The notes under the pieces were generated by a model. The model worked only from the letters and a program-made list of their open reading frames with translations, had not been told where the DNA came from and searched no databases. A stretch of 63,298 nt of DNA, counting the filler, from Guillardia theta CCMP2712 (Eukaryota > Protista > Cryptophyta): NCBI RefSeq assembly GCF_000315625.1. It is 7 parts of 7 records of this genome, joined end to end, with 100 filler letters (N's around TTAATTAATTAA, not from the genome) between each part and the next. Parts side by side here need not be neighbours in the genome. Positions count along the whole stretch, not along the records: positions 1 to 26,888 come from NW_005434522.1; positions 26,989 to 28,707 come from NW_005434057.1; positions 28,808 to 40,138 come from NW_005434563.1; 4 more parts are not named here. One strand, 5' to 3'. The position numbers and the translations under genes were made by a program. Shown one piece after another: positions 24,056 to 34,599 of the stretch. Each line of letters opens with the position of its first letter. The stretch's first letter is position 1.

Positions 24056-25803
24056 ACATGGACAGCGGCACGATGAGCAAATTGAGCCCCTGCGACGAGA
24101 TTAGCCGATACCATGCTGCTGATGGGCTGGGGGAGGGGAAGGAGAGGAGGAGAGGGACGGAGAGGAAAGTTTGGGGGGGTTGAGGGGGGTTCTTACCATG
24201 ATGAAGAAAACGAACATGACGCACGGGTCCCTGTCTTGATATCAGCCAGGGGATGCGGGGACCAGCAGGTGGAGGAGAGGAGGAGGAGGAGGGAAGGAGA
24301 GAGATCAGCGAGAGGGGAGGGAAGGAGGAGGAGAGAGAGTAGGGCGACCTATTGCCAAACATGCGAGCCAACATCCCTTCAGCTCCTGCTTTCTTCTTTC
24401 TCTTGGCTTGAACCCTCTCGATCTTGGTCTGCAGCATCGCCGTCACTCTCACTCGTTTCATACCAAATCAAAATCTTCCTGAACGTCTTCGTCCTCGTCG
24501 TCCTCCTCTTCCTCCTCTTCCTCTTCCTCCTCTTCGCCAGACTCTTCATCTACGCGAGAGTCAAAGTCTTACCCTTCTCTTTTGCCCTCACCGTCGGAGT
24601 CCAAGCTCTCCTCCTCCTCTCCCTGCGTCCTGTCAGCTGCTGTAGCAGAGCATGCAGACTCGCCTCCACTTTGCCGTCGTTCTCCGGGTCCTTGATGAAG
24701 ATCTCGACAGCCTTGGGGACAATCTCGCTCTGACCGACGGTGAACCGAGCGAAAGAGGAGAGGAGAAGAGGAGAGGAAACGAAAGAGAGATGGGAGGCAC
24801 CTTAAAGATCATAGCGACTGCCAACTTCTCCTGCTCGTCGAAGAGTCCGTTGCTGGCCATGAGGTGAGCTGATGGAAGAAAGAGGCGCATGACACGAGGA
24901 TGTGAAGGTAGCCGAAGGGTAGAGGAGCGAGTGAAAGAGGGCATGGGGCGGAAAGCAAGAAGGAGTCCCGAGGAGGATAGCGATGATGAGCGGGAGGGGG
25001 AGGGAAGCGGGGCAGAGCGGTTGGGGGGCAGGAGGGAGGGAGGAAGCAGTCACCGAGTTCCGCTGGATTTGGTCGGCTCGAAAAGGAGGAAGAAACTCGA
25101 TCCTGCACAAGGTTAGGGGGAGAAGAGGAGGAGGAGGAGGAGGAGCTGACTGTATCTGGTGGGAGGGGTGCCGGGGGAAGCGATGTCTTTCTTCCTGGCT
25201 GTGAGACATTTTTCTGCTCGTGCATGTCAAGTTAGCGACGAACAACATGACGGTGAGCTTCAGGAGACAGGAAAGGATGAGGGAGATCAAGGCAAACGGA
25301 GGAGGGGAGGGGTGGGGAGGAAAGCGCGGAGGGGAGAGGAGGGGAAGGGAGGCGAGGTGAGGCGGAGAATGAATGAAGGGGAGGCGAGGCGAGGCGAGGG
25401 AATGAATGAAGGGGAGGCGAGGCGAGGCGAGGGAATGAATGAAGGGGAGGCGAGGGGAGAAAGCGGAGGGGAAGGAGGGGAGGAGGAACAGGAGAGATGA
25501 ACAATCCTGCTGCTCACCTGGCAACCATGAGATTCCACTTGACTTGGCCTGCAGACGGTCATTCCTCCAAGAGAGCTCGACCCAGAGCTTTTCGTCGCTG
25601 AAGTAATGATTCTTGTCGAACAGAAACTCAACCTGATACAATGTCGTCAATTCCAAAACGACAACGACAACATTGACAACAACAGTAACAACAACAGTAA
25701 CAACAACAGTAACAACAACAGTAACAACAACAGTAACAACAACAGTAACATTAACAACAACAACAACATTAACAACAACAGTAACAACAACAACAACAAC
25801 AAT

Positions 25804-25865
<62 letters not shown>

Positions 25866-26888
25866 CCACTACCACGACACCATTCCTTTGTTGGCTCCCC
25901 TCCCCCTCCCTCCCTCCGCCCTTCCGCCATCTTCAGCTTGCGTTCCCCCTCCTCACTCACCCTGAAGCCTCGCTTGTCCGGCGAAATGAGAAAGTCAGTG
26001 TCGCGGGGCTCGCACATGCCCTGCCGCTTGTCGTTGTAGCTGTAGCTCACGTCCCTCAAGTGCTCCAGCGCTCGCTCGTCCCTGTCCGTCACAACCTCCC
26101 ACAGCGCCGGTGAGTTTCGTAGGACAGTCAGCCAGAAGCGCGGAAGCCCTTCTCCTGCACCGAGGCGTGACGAGAGGGAGAAAGAAGAGGAGAAGGTGGA
26201 GAGGGAAGAAGGAGATGGAGAAGTAAGAAGAAGGAGAAGTAAGAAAAAGGAGAAGGAGAGAGAAGAGAAAGTGTCAGGGGGGCACGTAGAAGAAGAGGAA
26301 ACAATGAAGAGCATGGAATGGGACGATGAATTCGAGGAGGAGGATTAAAGCAGAGATGGGATTTCATGCGCAGCTTACCAGCCATAGGCTGGATAACGCC
26401 TCTTCTCTTCGCGCAGGCGTCTTGGAATTGAGTGAAGCACTCAGTTCGGATCTTTCGCAGATGCTCCGCAAACTCTCCCCTCCTCTCGTCCAGTTGCTGC
26501 TGCACCGCCAGCACCTTCTGCACCCGATCTTCTACCTGGCGTGAAACTCGATGAGGACGAGCAGGGATAGAGCAGGAGGAGAGACAGTCAAGCAGGACCA
26601 GGACCAGGGACACAAAAGCAGGAAAAGTAGCAGCAGCAACAGGACGAGGGAGGAGGAGAAGGAGATCGCAAAGAAAAGCAGGATGAGGAAGGGAGCAGTA
26701 GGAGCAGCAGCAGAAAAAGAAGGAGCGAGATCAGGAGCAGGTGCAGCAAGAGGAAGAAGAAGGGATCAATACCTCCTGTCTGAGACCGAGACCGAGAGGA
26801 CAAGTGTAGGTGGGAGGATCGACACAAGCGATGAAGTGAAGGCCAGCTCTGAGATGTCGTGAGCAGAGCAGAAGAGAAATATAGGCGA
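24042..26888 (-). CDS. Nucleosome assembly protein (NAP family), 5' end in a gap
   Basis: GLPRFWLTVLRN..DERALEHLRDV, EFLFDKNHYFSDEKL, GISWLPG, EIVPKAVEIF, followed by an acidic stretch. Confidence 0.85.
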
Positions 26889-26988
26889 NNNNNNNNNNNN
26901 NNNNNNNNNNNNNNNNNNNNNNNNNNNNNNNNTTAATTAATTAANNNNNNNNNNNNNNNNNNNNNNNNNNNNNNNNNNNNNNNNNNNN

Positions 26989-27734
26989 TGAGTTGCTGAA
27001 GATGAAAGCTCCAACTGGGAACGCTATGCCGTTGCACTAGCGCTGAATGATAAGGATGCGGAGAAGGAGCTGCAGCTGCAGAAGAAGGATGCGGAGAAGC
27101 AGCTGCAGCTGCAGCTGCAGCTCCTGGAGAAAGATCATCAGATTATTGTCAACTACTACAAACGGCGAGTGGCATACATCACTCAGAGGTGTAGAGTTTG
27201 TTTGCCACCATGGTGTGGCCTCTACCCTCTACTGAATGACTGTTGCACAAACACAGGTATCTGGTTGAGGATCTTTTCAGGAAAGCTATGGATATTATTG
27301 CCAACAGCAAGGACGAGGAGATCAACTCTGTACAGAGAGACTTGCCGCGGAAGGACTTGGGGCTGATGATGAAAAGAGAGCTTTCTATGAGTGCGATGAA
27401 TAGGCACTTGCAGACGAATAATAGCTTACGACTGGCCGTATGGAAACGGATGGGGTTACCAGAGGACCTTTTGATACCTAGGTTATCAGAAGAGAAGATG
27501 TTGTATGGGTACCTGTCGGAACACATCCATGGACCGACGGGGCTGTTTGTGTTTTTATCTTCACGTGCAGCTAAAGAGGAGATCAGATTTTTCAGCGATG
27601 TTGCACACGTTTTCAAGAAGGAGGTGGACTTTTTCGACGACGCGTCAGCAGAAGAGGGAGAGCTGATGGAAACTAAATCTATCCTGGAAAAATATAGGCG
27701 AAAATCTGAGGACGACAGCGAGCCAAAGCCATGA
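26989..27734 (+). CDS. Coiled-coil hypothetical protein, 5'-partial, two exons visible
   Basis: KDAEKELQLQ repeats followed by NYYKRRVAYITQR, an intron at about 27189-27257, then YLVEDLF. Confidence 0.55.
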
Positions 27735-27744
27735 CTTGAATAGG

Positions 27745-28706
27745 ATCAAGGCACTTTTCGATATATGCTTGCTGATTACTGATCATAGTATGTTGCCTGC
27801 AGAGTCTTTCTGATATGCGACGCCGAGATAGAAGCTTAGATCATTGTCTGTTGTCGTGTTGTACCCTTTTGTGTTAGTCATGAATTCGTCGAATGACGCA
27901 AACAAAACTGTACTGTTGCTTGCTTGAATGATGTGGCCGCATCCACAACTAAGGCTATCAACATCTCCCCCTCCTGTTTGTCACGATCACCGATAATGGA
28001 AGAAGCAGTGATCTGATGTGCATGGTTGAAAGCAGCCGAAGTCCCGTAAGTCTTGACATAGTTTTTTCCAGAAGTTTCTGCCACTGCTAGGTAAACCGTA
28101 GACTGATTTGTTGCGGATTTTGAGGTATGGTGACTTGATATTGCAGAGCTCACGGAACTGTGGAGGTGTCTTGATCAGGATGTACACCGCCGTAGGTACG
28201 GATGCAGTCAAGTATGCCGTCGAGATGTCCTGGCATCGCATTAGGGCCATTGTTTGGCTCGAGCTATGGCAAGGAGTCATCGGATGGTGGCAGGATTTGC
28301 AGTCGCAGAGAACGAGTCTAGGTCATCAATGCCCTGTACTGCGTTATACCCTCGGATGATTGCCCTTGCTTTATACTAGAGCCTTGTCCCTTGCTGATCT
28401 GATTGCTGAAATCAATGATGCGGTTCTAGGTTGTTGTCGTTGAGGGCTTCATTGATCGAAGGGTCATCATTCTCGCTCGGGCCTCCCCTCCCAGTGTGCC
28501 ACGGTTGAATGTGTCTATCATTACTCCACAGAGCTGGGCCTCTTTGTGAAGGCCTGCTCCTGATATGGGATGCCCCAGTTGATATAATGATCGAATGCAG
28601 CGCCCTAAGATGGTGTAGCAATGTGGCATTGACGAATCTCTGGTGATAGAAGGAGGCAGTGGCGAGCAAGGTTTTCGATGGGACCAGGGCCAACAAATGC
28701 CTCAAC
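27745..28706 (-). mobile_element. Ty1/copia LTR-retrotransposon reverse transcriptase relic
   Basis: YKARAIIRGY..GID..SFSATA..TIR*LLAIA, DISTAYL, KSVYGL..SGRNFW, SDHCFF, VVD[ins]DII, DLSFYLG and QQAYIEKCL occur in canonical order, with stops and frameshifts. Confidence 0.92.
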
Positions 28707-29459
28707 GNNNNNNNNNNNNNNNNNNNNNNNNNNNNNNNNNNNNNNNNNNNNTTAATTAATTAANNNNNNNNNNNNNNNNNNNNNNNNNNNNNNNNNNNNN
28801 NNNNNNNCATCGTCAGCCTGCGGGTTGTTGAAGCATCAGCCAGCATGCAGCCATCACGAGCGAACCTCACGAGAGCTCGCCGAGATGTTGAGGAGCCTAC
28901 AAACCAAGTTGGTCTGGCTGGACGCGTCCTGCACCTTATTTCTCAGCTCATCAACACAAAGAATGTCATCGTGCTCGTCGTGCACAACATAGAGACGTGA
29001 AAAATTGCAGGGAATCTTCATTCTGCTCATCAGAAACCAGCCTCAATGAAATCCTGAACCTAATTAGCATCTGATACCTTTTCATGCTTTTCGCCATCGT
29101 CTGCCATGGTCGGCCATCATCTACTATCTCCTCCTCCCCTCTCACTTCAACTCTCTCCATCTGTTCTCGTCTACTTCTCTCCCATGCTCGGCTCCCTCCT
29201 GACTCGTTTGACCCTCTCCTAGCCTTCCTTCCATGTCGCTGTCATTTCCACACATGCGACTCAACCCCACCCTAGTCCATCCCCCATTTCACCCTGTCCC
29301 TCTTCCTCCATCAAATTTAACCCTACCCTACATATACATATAACTATTTTGTGTAAAACTAACCGGTGTCAATAAGAAATTTCATGTACCCTACCATGGG
29401 ATTATATTGTTTGTCACCCACCCACCCCAGCAGCCAGGAGCTCTCTGCTATAAGCCTCA

Positions 29460-29870
29460 TCACGTCCCGGCCCGCCGCGCCGCCGCCGGGCCGGACCGAG
29501 CCTGAGTCCGGGCCGGGATGATGCCGGGCGGCCGGGGTCCGGGCGTCGGCGAGTCCGACCGGACGGTCGGAACTCGCACGGCGGCCCGCCGCCGGGCGGG
29601 CGCCGTCCCGGATCCGCCGCCCGGCGACCCCGGGCCCACGGTACTACGTTCAAGTAGTAGTACCGTACGCGCCGTAGTACGATCATCGGATGGTGACCGT
29701 GCCACGGTGTGACCGTAGTACCGCCGCGTAGTAGTCACGGTTCCGAACCGTGAACTTCGCGGAAGTTCGACCGTATCACCCGGTGACCGGGACTCGGCCC
29801 CCGTGCCACCCGCGGGCCGTCGGACCGTAGTACGGCCGGGCCCGGTACTACCTGGCCCGGGTCACGGGGT
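29460..29870. other. GC-rich palindrome-dense island
   Basis: Saturated with CCGG, GTAC and GGCC; not credibly coding. Confidence 0.65.
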
Positions 29871-30460
29871 GTTGAAGCACCTCGGATAGGAGCAAGCTTC
29901 ACCTCAGACAATGCCAAGCAATCGACGTGGCTCAAGTGCACAGATGCTTAGCCTCGGAATGCACCCCTGGAGAGGACAGCAACAGCTACAATAAGGACGA
30001 CGTAGGAGAATCATGAAGAAGACCGTCCGACCGTCAAGAACCTAGGACTCGCCGTGGATGGCAGCAGGAGAGAGTCAGCTTATATCAGTCCACGACGGGA
30101 CAGCAGATGACACGATGGCAGGATATGGCTACGCTCAAGGGAAGATTGGAAGTATCACCCCTGAAGTCATAGACATGGGAGAACAAGGCCCTGAGGGGTC
30201 TGATCAAAGAAGATCGGACAGTACTATCATGATCATCTTAGCGGAGGACTTACAATTCGGAATGCACGCGGCACGAGACTACCTCCAAGCATGACTCTAG
30301 CGGAGACACAGGTCCGGGCCGTTCAACGGGCGTTCAACTTGGTTTGACGCTAACCGTATGTTGAACCCGGTGCCAGTGGACATTGAAGGGGAGAGTACGG
30401 ACTTACCTCTACTCAAAGTTACTAGTTAAGTTAAAGAGTCGAGGAGGCTTGGTCCTGACA
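29871..30460 (+). mobile_element. Degenerate retroelement-like coding relic with a possible RNase H first motif
   Basis: Homologous to telomeric fragment 5828-5956. The downstream LISVHDGTADDTMAGYGYA resembles the RNase H DG(S/T)..AGYG motif. Confidence 0.45.
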
Positions 30461-30652
30461 GTGACCGTCGTCACCCGCAGTGTCGCACAGGGCCCGCCAA
30501 TCTTACCTCGGTCAGTGTGTGCCGGTTTGTGCCCGGCGTTGAATTTGCGGCCATAAAGTTTCAATCTCTTATCATACCGTACGGCAGTGAACTTTCAGGG
30601 CCGCCGGCACTGCCCGGCCACTGCCGGTACTGCGGAGGCTTTGCTCGGAACT

Positions 30653-30942
30653 CGAGATAGCAGGGGCGGAGCAGGACCTGGCCCAGGCGAGGCTTGATGC
30701 AGCCAGGGCCAGGGGGAACCCGGTCGAGATAGCAGGGGCGGAGCAGGACCTGGCCCAGGCAAAAGCCGCGACAGTAGAAGGAATGGCCCAGGCGAGGCTT
30801 GATGCAGCCAGGGCCAGGGGGAACCCGGTCGAGATAGCAGGGGCGGAGCAGGACCTGGCCCAGGCGAGGCTTGATGCAGCCAGGGCCAAGGGGGAACGCG
30901 GTCGAGATAGCAGGGGGCGGAGCAGGGCCCTGGCCCAGGCGA
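30653..30942 (+). repeat. 72-bp coding tandem repeat (EIAGAEQDLAQARLDAARARGNPV), running into a gap
   Basis: Units start at 30653, 30725 (interrupted), ~30830 and ~30903. Confidence 0.85.
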
Positions 30943-33273
30943 NNNNNNNNNNNNNNNNNNNNNNNNNNNNNNNNNNNNNNNNNNNNNNNNNNNNNNNNNN
31001 NNNNNNNNNNNNNNNNNNNNNNNNNNNNNNNNNNNNNNNNNNNNNNNNNNNNNNNNNNNNNNNNNNNNNNNNNNNNNNNNNNNNNNNNNNNNNNNNNNNN
31101 NNNNNNNNNNCTCAAGCACAAGATCGAAGCCGAATTCTCCGGGCAAGCATTTCTCCTATATTTGCTTTTGAAGGCAATTACTTGGATGGAGTGTAGATGC
31201 ACGGCTGATGGCTGTTTACAGGTTTACGTGCTCTTGCCAAGAAAAGTATGAAGGACCGTGCAGTTACAAATCTGAAGGAGTTCCTGCGCTATCGGCTGAG
31301 CGCAGAACAACATTTGGAGTCCCGGCAATCGAACACCGACCGAGGTTTTCAGCTCATTGAATCCGATTGACAGAGTGGTGAGTATGAGTAAGACCAAGGA
31401 TGAGGGTCCTTACACCTGCCTGTTGGAGGCGTGTTCAGGAAGTGGAAAATCCATGTGTGCTGTGGATTATTTTGTTCGCAACCCTGATACATGTTTGTAC
31501 TTCTTGTTTGGCCACAAACATACACAGCTCATCTACCAGGAGGTGTCCGAGATAACAAATCTTATCAACCGTGCTTTGGACATTGACTTGTGGAATTGTA
31601 TTGGGGAGTATACCTCGAACCAGGGGGAGGCTGCCGCGCTTGTTGCTATCAACATCAGTATGAAGCGAAGTCAAGGGTGGCATGTACTCGGAGTGCTGGG
31701 GTTTCTTCTGAATCAGACAGAGGAGGTCAACCTGTCACTGTCGAACAAGCGAAGAGCTGGCAGCGGAATCTGTGGGTTTTATTAGACGAGGCCATCCCCT
31801 CACATAGAGAAGAGTGTCACATCCTATATCCAATCGGCAGGTTGGTACTGTTGAAGCGAATCTTGCGGAATGCCAGGATACATTGTATGATGCTGGGAAC
31901 GAATACTCTAATCATGAACTTTAACGACGCAGCTCAAAGATCGGCGCCAGACAGTCGGGATGGTGAAGAGAAGCTACTCTGCGTCACACATCGAGCTCTT
32001 CCTCCTTTCATTCCTCCATCGCATGATCACTTGGCATGCCTCGAAAGGATCTTTGGGGTGAAAGAAGCCTCTGTTTTGCTGGATAATGTGAATCCATGGC
32101 TTATGGTTGAAGCCATGGCAAAAGCAACTGAAAGCTATGAACCTGCCCATGCTCTACGTAAGTTTGCTTCTCCAATATTGGAGACGGTCAAGGCGGTAAA
32201 AAGTAGCTTCAGCAAAGCTTCTTTATACTGTATGTTTCAGATTGCAGCCCACGAATCTTTATCTCAGGTGCACCTGTCGACGAGCTTTGCCTTGCTAAAT
32301 GTTTGGCCGGCCGGGCAACCCACCAACAAGAGGGGATGATAGCTGCATAGTAACACTGGCAAGAGAAGCATCAAACCCAGACAAGATTACTTTGAAATCT
32401 ACATCACTTTATGAGATAACGACCAGATTTGCACCAGCTCATGTTGACCCATTGACTCCGGCCATATGTGCAGGCAATGGACGGCCGTTTGGAGAGGACA
32501 AATCTGCACTGTCAGTCTTACAGGAGATCTATCAGCAGAAGTCTTTTAAGAATGACCCAACAGCTGTGGATGCGTACAAGCGAGATGGTGGGACGTTGGA
32601 GTCTTTTGGAGGAGTGGTCATGATGATCAGCAGTTGGTCTGAGCCTCAAGACATTCTCAAGAACATTGCTTTTCATTGTGGCAGCGAAATGGAGACGAGA
32701 AGTGTGAATGAAATCCTTGAGACGGTTGCGGTCGGGAATCAATTCGAAGATTTCTTTGAGATTTTAACGTCCTGCATCCAAAATCTGCTTCCGTTTTCAG
32801 CTACAAGTCCAGGAAAAGGAAGAGCGGCTTATGGGTACTATACGCGTGTGAGAGACCAGAACCAGGTTGATGCAAAGTTTCAAGGACCTGCTCATGAGAC
32901 GAGAAAGAGAATGATTGGAAGGGCAGAATTCAAGAATAGGAGCACTGCTATACCTACATCGGAGTGCCGTAACTTTGTTGGCAAGCTGCTTACCCCTGAG
33001 GTCGATCTTGCTTTGTTCATGATGTCCGAGATGAAGCAAGGGAGCATTGAACAGATCGTGCAGGAGTGTAATACCGGGACAGAGGTGTTGATTTTACATC
33101 TCAGAGAGAATAGTCACTGGCGAGCTTGTATTGTTGACCAGCGCAAGGATGAAAGAGAGGCCGAAATCAGGGGTCATAGGAAAGTTTTGATGATGGTGGA
33201 AGTAGGCCTGAAGACCGAACCGTTTTGCAGTCCTTTAGCAAAGACTCGTTGGACACAGGAGGAGAGTGACTGA
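30653..33273 (+). pseudogene. Crinkler/RHS-like gene: helical repeats, P-loop NTPase and PD-(D/E)xK nuclease; three frameshifts
   Basis: Walker A ACSGSGKS, Walker B WVLLDEA, then LGTNT, GGTLESF and NQVDAKF...RAEFKNRS, spread over overlapping ORFs 31357-31785, 31590-32339 and 32299-33273. Confidence 0.72.
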
Positions 33274-33731
33274 CATGGTACATTGATTAAAACTGATATG
33301 ACATGTTAGTAGCATGTTGGGGTTTACGAACAAGAGAGCATTTGTGGGTGTCTGATGATACAATGATACTATGATACTCTGAGATGTAATGGAGGGAGGG
33401 GAGAAGAGGGGAGGGAGGAGGGATGTGAAATAGGGTTTCAAGTTACCTGCTCTTCTATCAGGTCGTGTGTGGAGGTAGCAGACTGGAGAAGTCTTGGCGA
33501 AGCCTGTGTCTAGCCTGGCTGTGACGGCTGGGAGGCCGCACCCGGGGCCTCGGAGGCCCGGGCCGCACAGAGGCTGGCCGGCGACTCGGAGTCGGCCCCG
33601 GGAATTGAAGAGCCTGCCGGGACCGGACTCTGAGGGGGACATGATTGAAATTTTACTCTGAGTCTTGCTTCAGGCTAAACCAGCGGCGCCGGGCGGGCGC
33701 CGCGCGGGCCAGGCTTCGAGGCGGCCTCATG

Positions 33732-33841
33732 ATTATTATTTGTGAGACTAGTTTTATTAGCCTGAATGTCAGAATGTTGGCCCGTCACCGTGGCAACTTG
33801 GCCTTCGGTCGCCACCTACCGTACCGTGCCAGGCTTCCTCA
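33732..33841 (-). mobile_element. Degenerate 3' end of a family A-related element inside a GC-rich island (33530-33900)
   Basis: attattatttgtgag[acta]gttttattag[cct]gaatgtcagaatgttg resembles 5662-5698. cttggccttcggtcgccacctac resembles 198-220 and 274-297. Confidence 0.65.
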
Positions 33842-33964
33842 TGATTCCGAGTTCAGTCACCTTCCCGGGGGCGGGCCCGCCCCGGCGGCACGACCGTTTC
33901 ACTCTACGGTTATTCGCCGTTTCAATATTGCGAAGTTGGTAACGTATCAGCGTCGTCTGCCGCT

Positions 33965-34532
33965 ATGGTCGCTCCTCGGCTAGGGAGCGTTGCAGCTGCA
34001 GCTGCTCGTCATGCGCGTAGCTCAATGGCAGGAAGCTTCTCTTCCATCTCCTCAACTTCGCTTCCAGTCTCGCGCGCAGTGTTGTCGTCAGCTCCTCGTG
34101 CTGTCCAGGCTCGGAGCATCTCGTCTACTACCCCTGCCCGAGGCTCATCGTCCGAAGGCGAGCATTATGTTAGGAACGAGCCGAATGGCTGGCTCTTCGG
34201 CGTCAAGGTAATGGAGAATATGCTGCGACTACAGCGCGAGAGTGATAGTTCTAGCGACTTTGCTCTAACTTTGTTTCATGGCAGCCGGGTGAGACCCCAA
34301 AGGACGAGGGGTGGGAGACCATCTACTTCGGCATCATGGGCGGGATCACCCTGCTGATGATCGCAGGAGCTTACAGACCAAAGACAAGCATCAAGGTGAG
34401 ACAGGCTTCTTCTGCCTTGAGATAGGCATCTTCTGTCTTGCAAGCTTGCATACCCCAGTATGCGAGATGGATTAACACCTATTCAAGGTTTGGGCCATGG
34501 ACAAGATTAAGGAGAAGTACGGAGATGCTTGA
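33965..34532 (+). CDS. NDUFB11: Mitochondrial complex I ESSS subunit (exons 33965-34207, 34285-34395, 34488-34532)
   Basis: Presequence followed by EPNGWLFGVKPGETPKDEGWETIYF, a TM segment and RPKTSIKVWA. Confidence 0.88.
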
Positions 34533-34599
34533 ACAGAGAGACAGCTCTCTCTGCTGTTTGGACAGGGGTTGATTTACTCTGTCTGCAAGAGTTTCTTCA

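Noticed and set aside
26889-26988. TTAATTAATTAA palindrome inside N runs (also 28752, 40183, 42799, 54898, 59111)
   Set aside because: An identical 12-mer centred in ~100-nt gaps with stops in all frames; this is an assembly spacer, not biology.
28808-29110. Small spliced - strand fragment resembling a ubiquitin-like header
   Set aside because: Frameshifted, truncated by a gap, and without a diagnostic motif.
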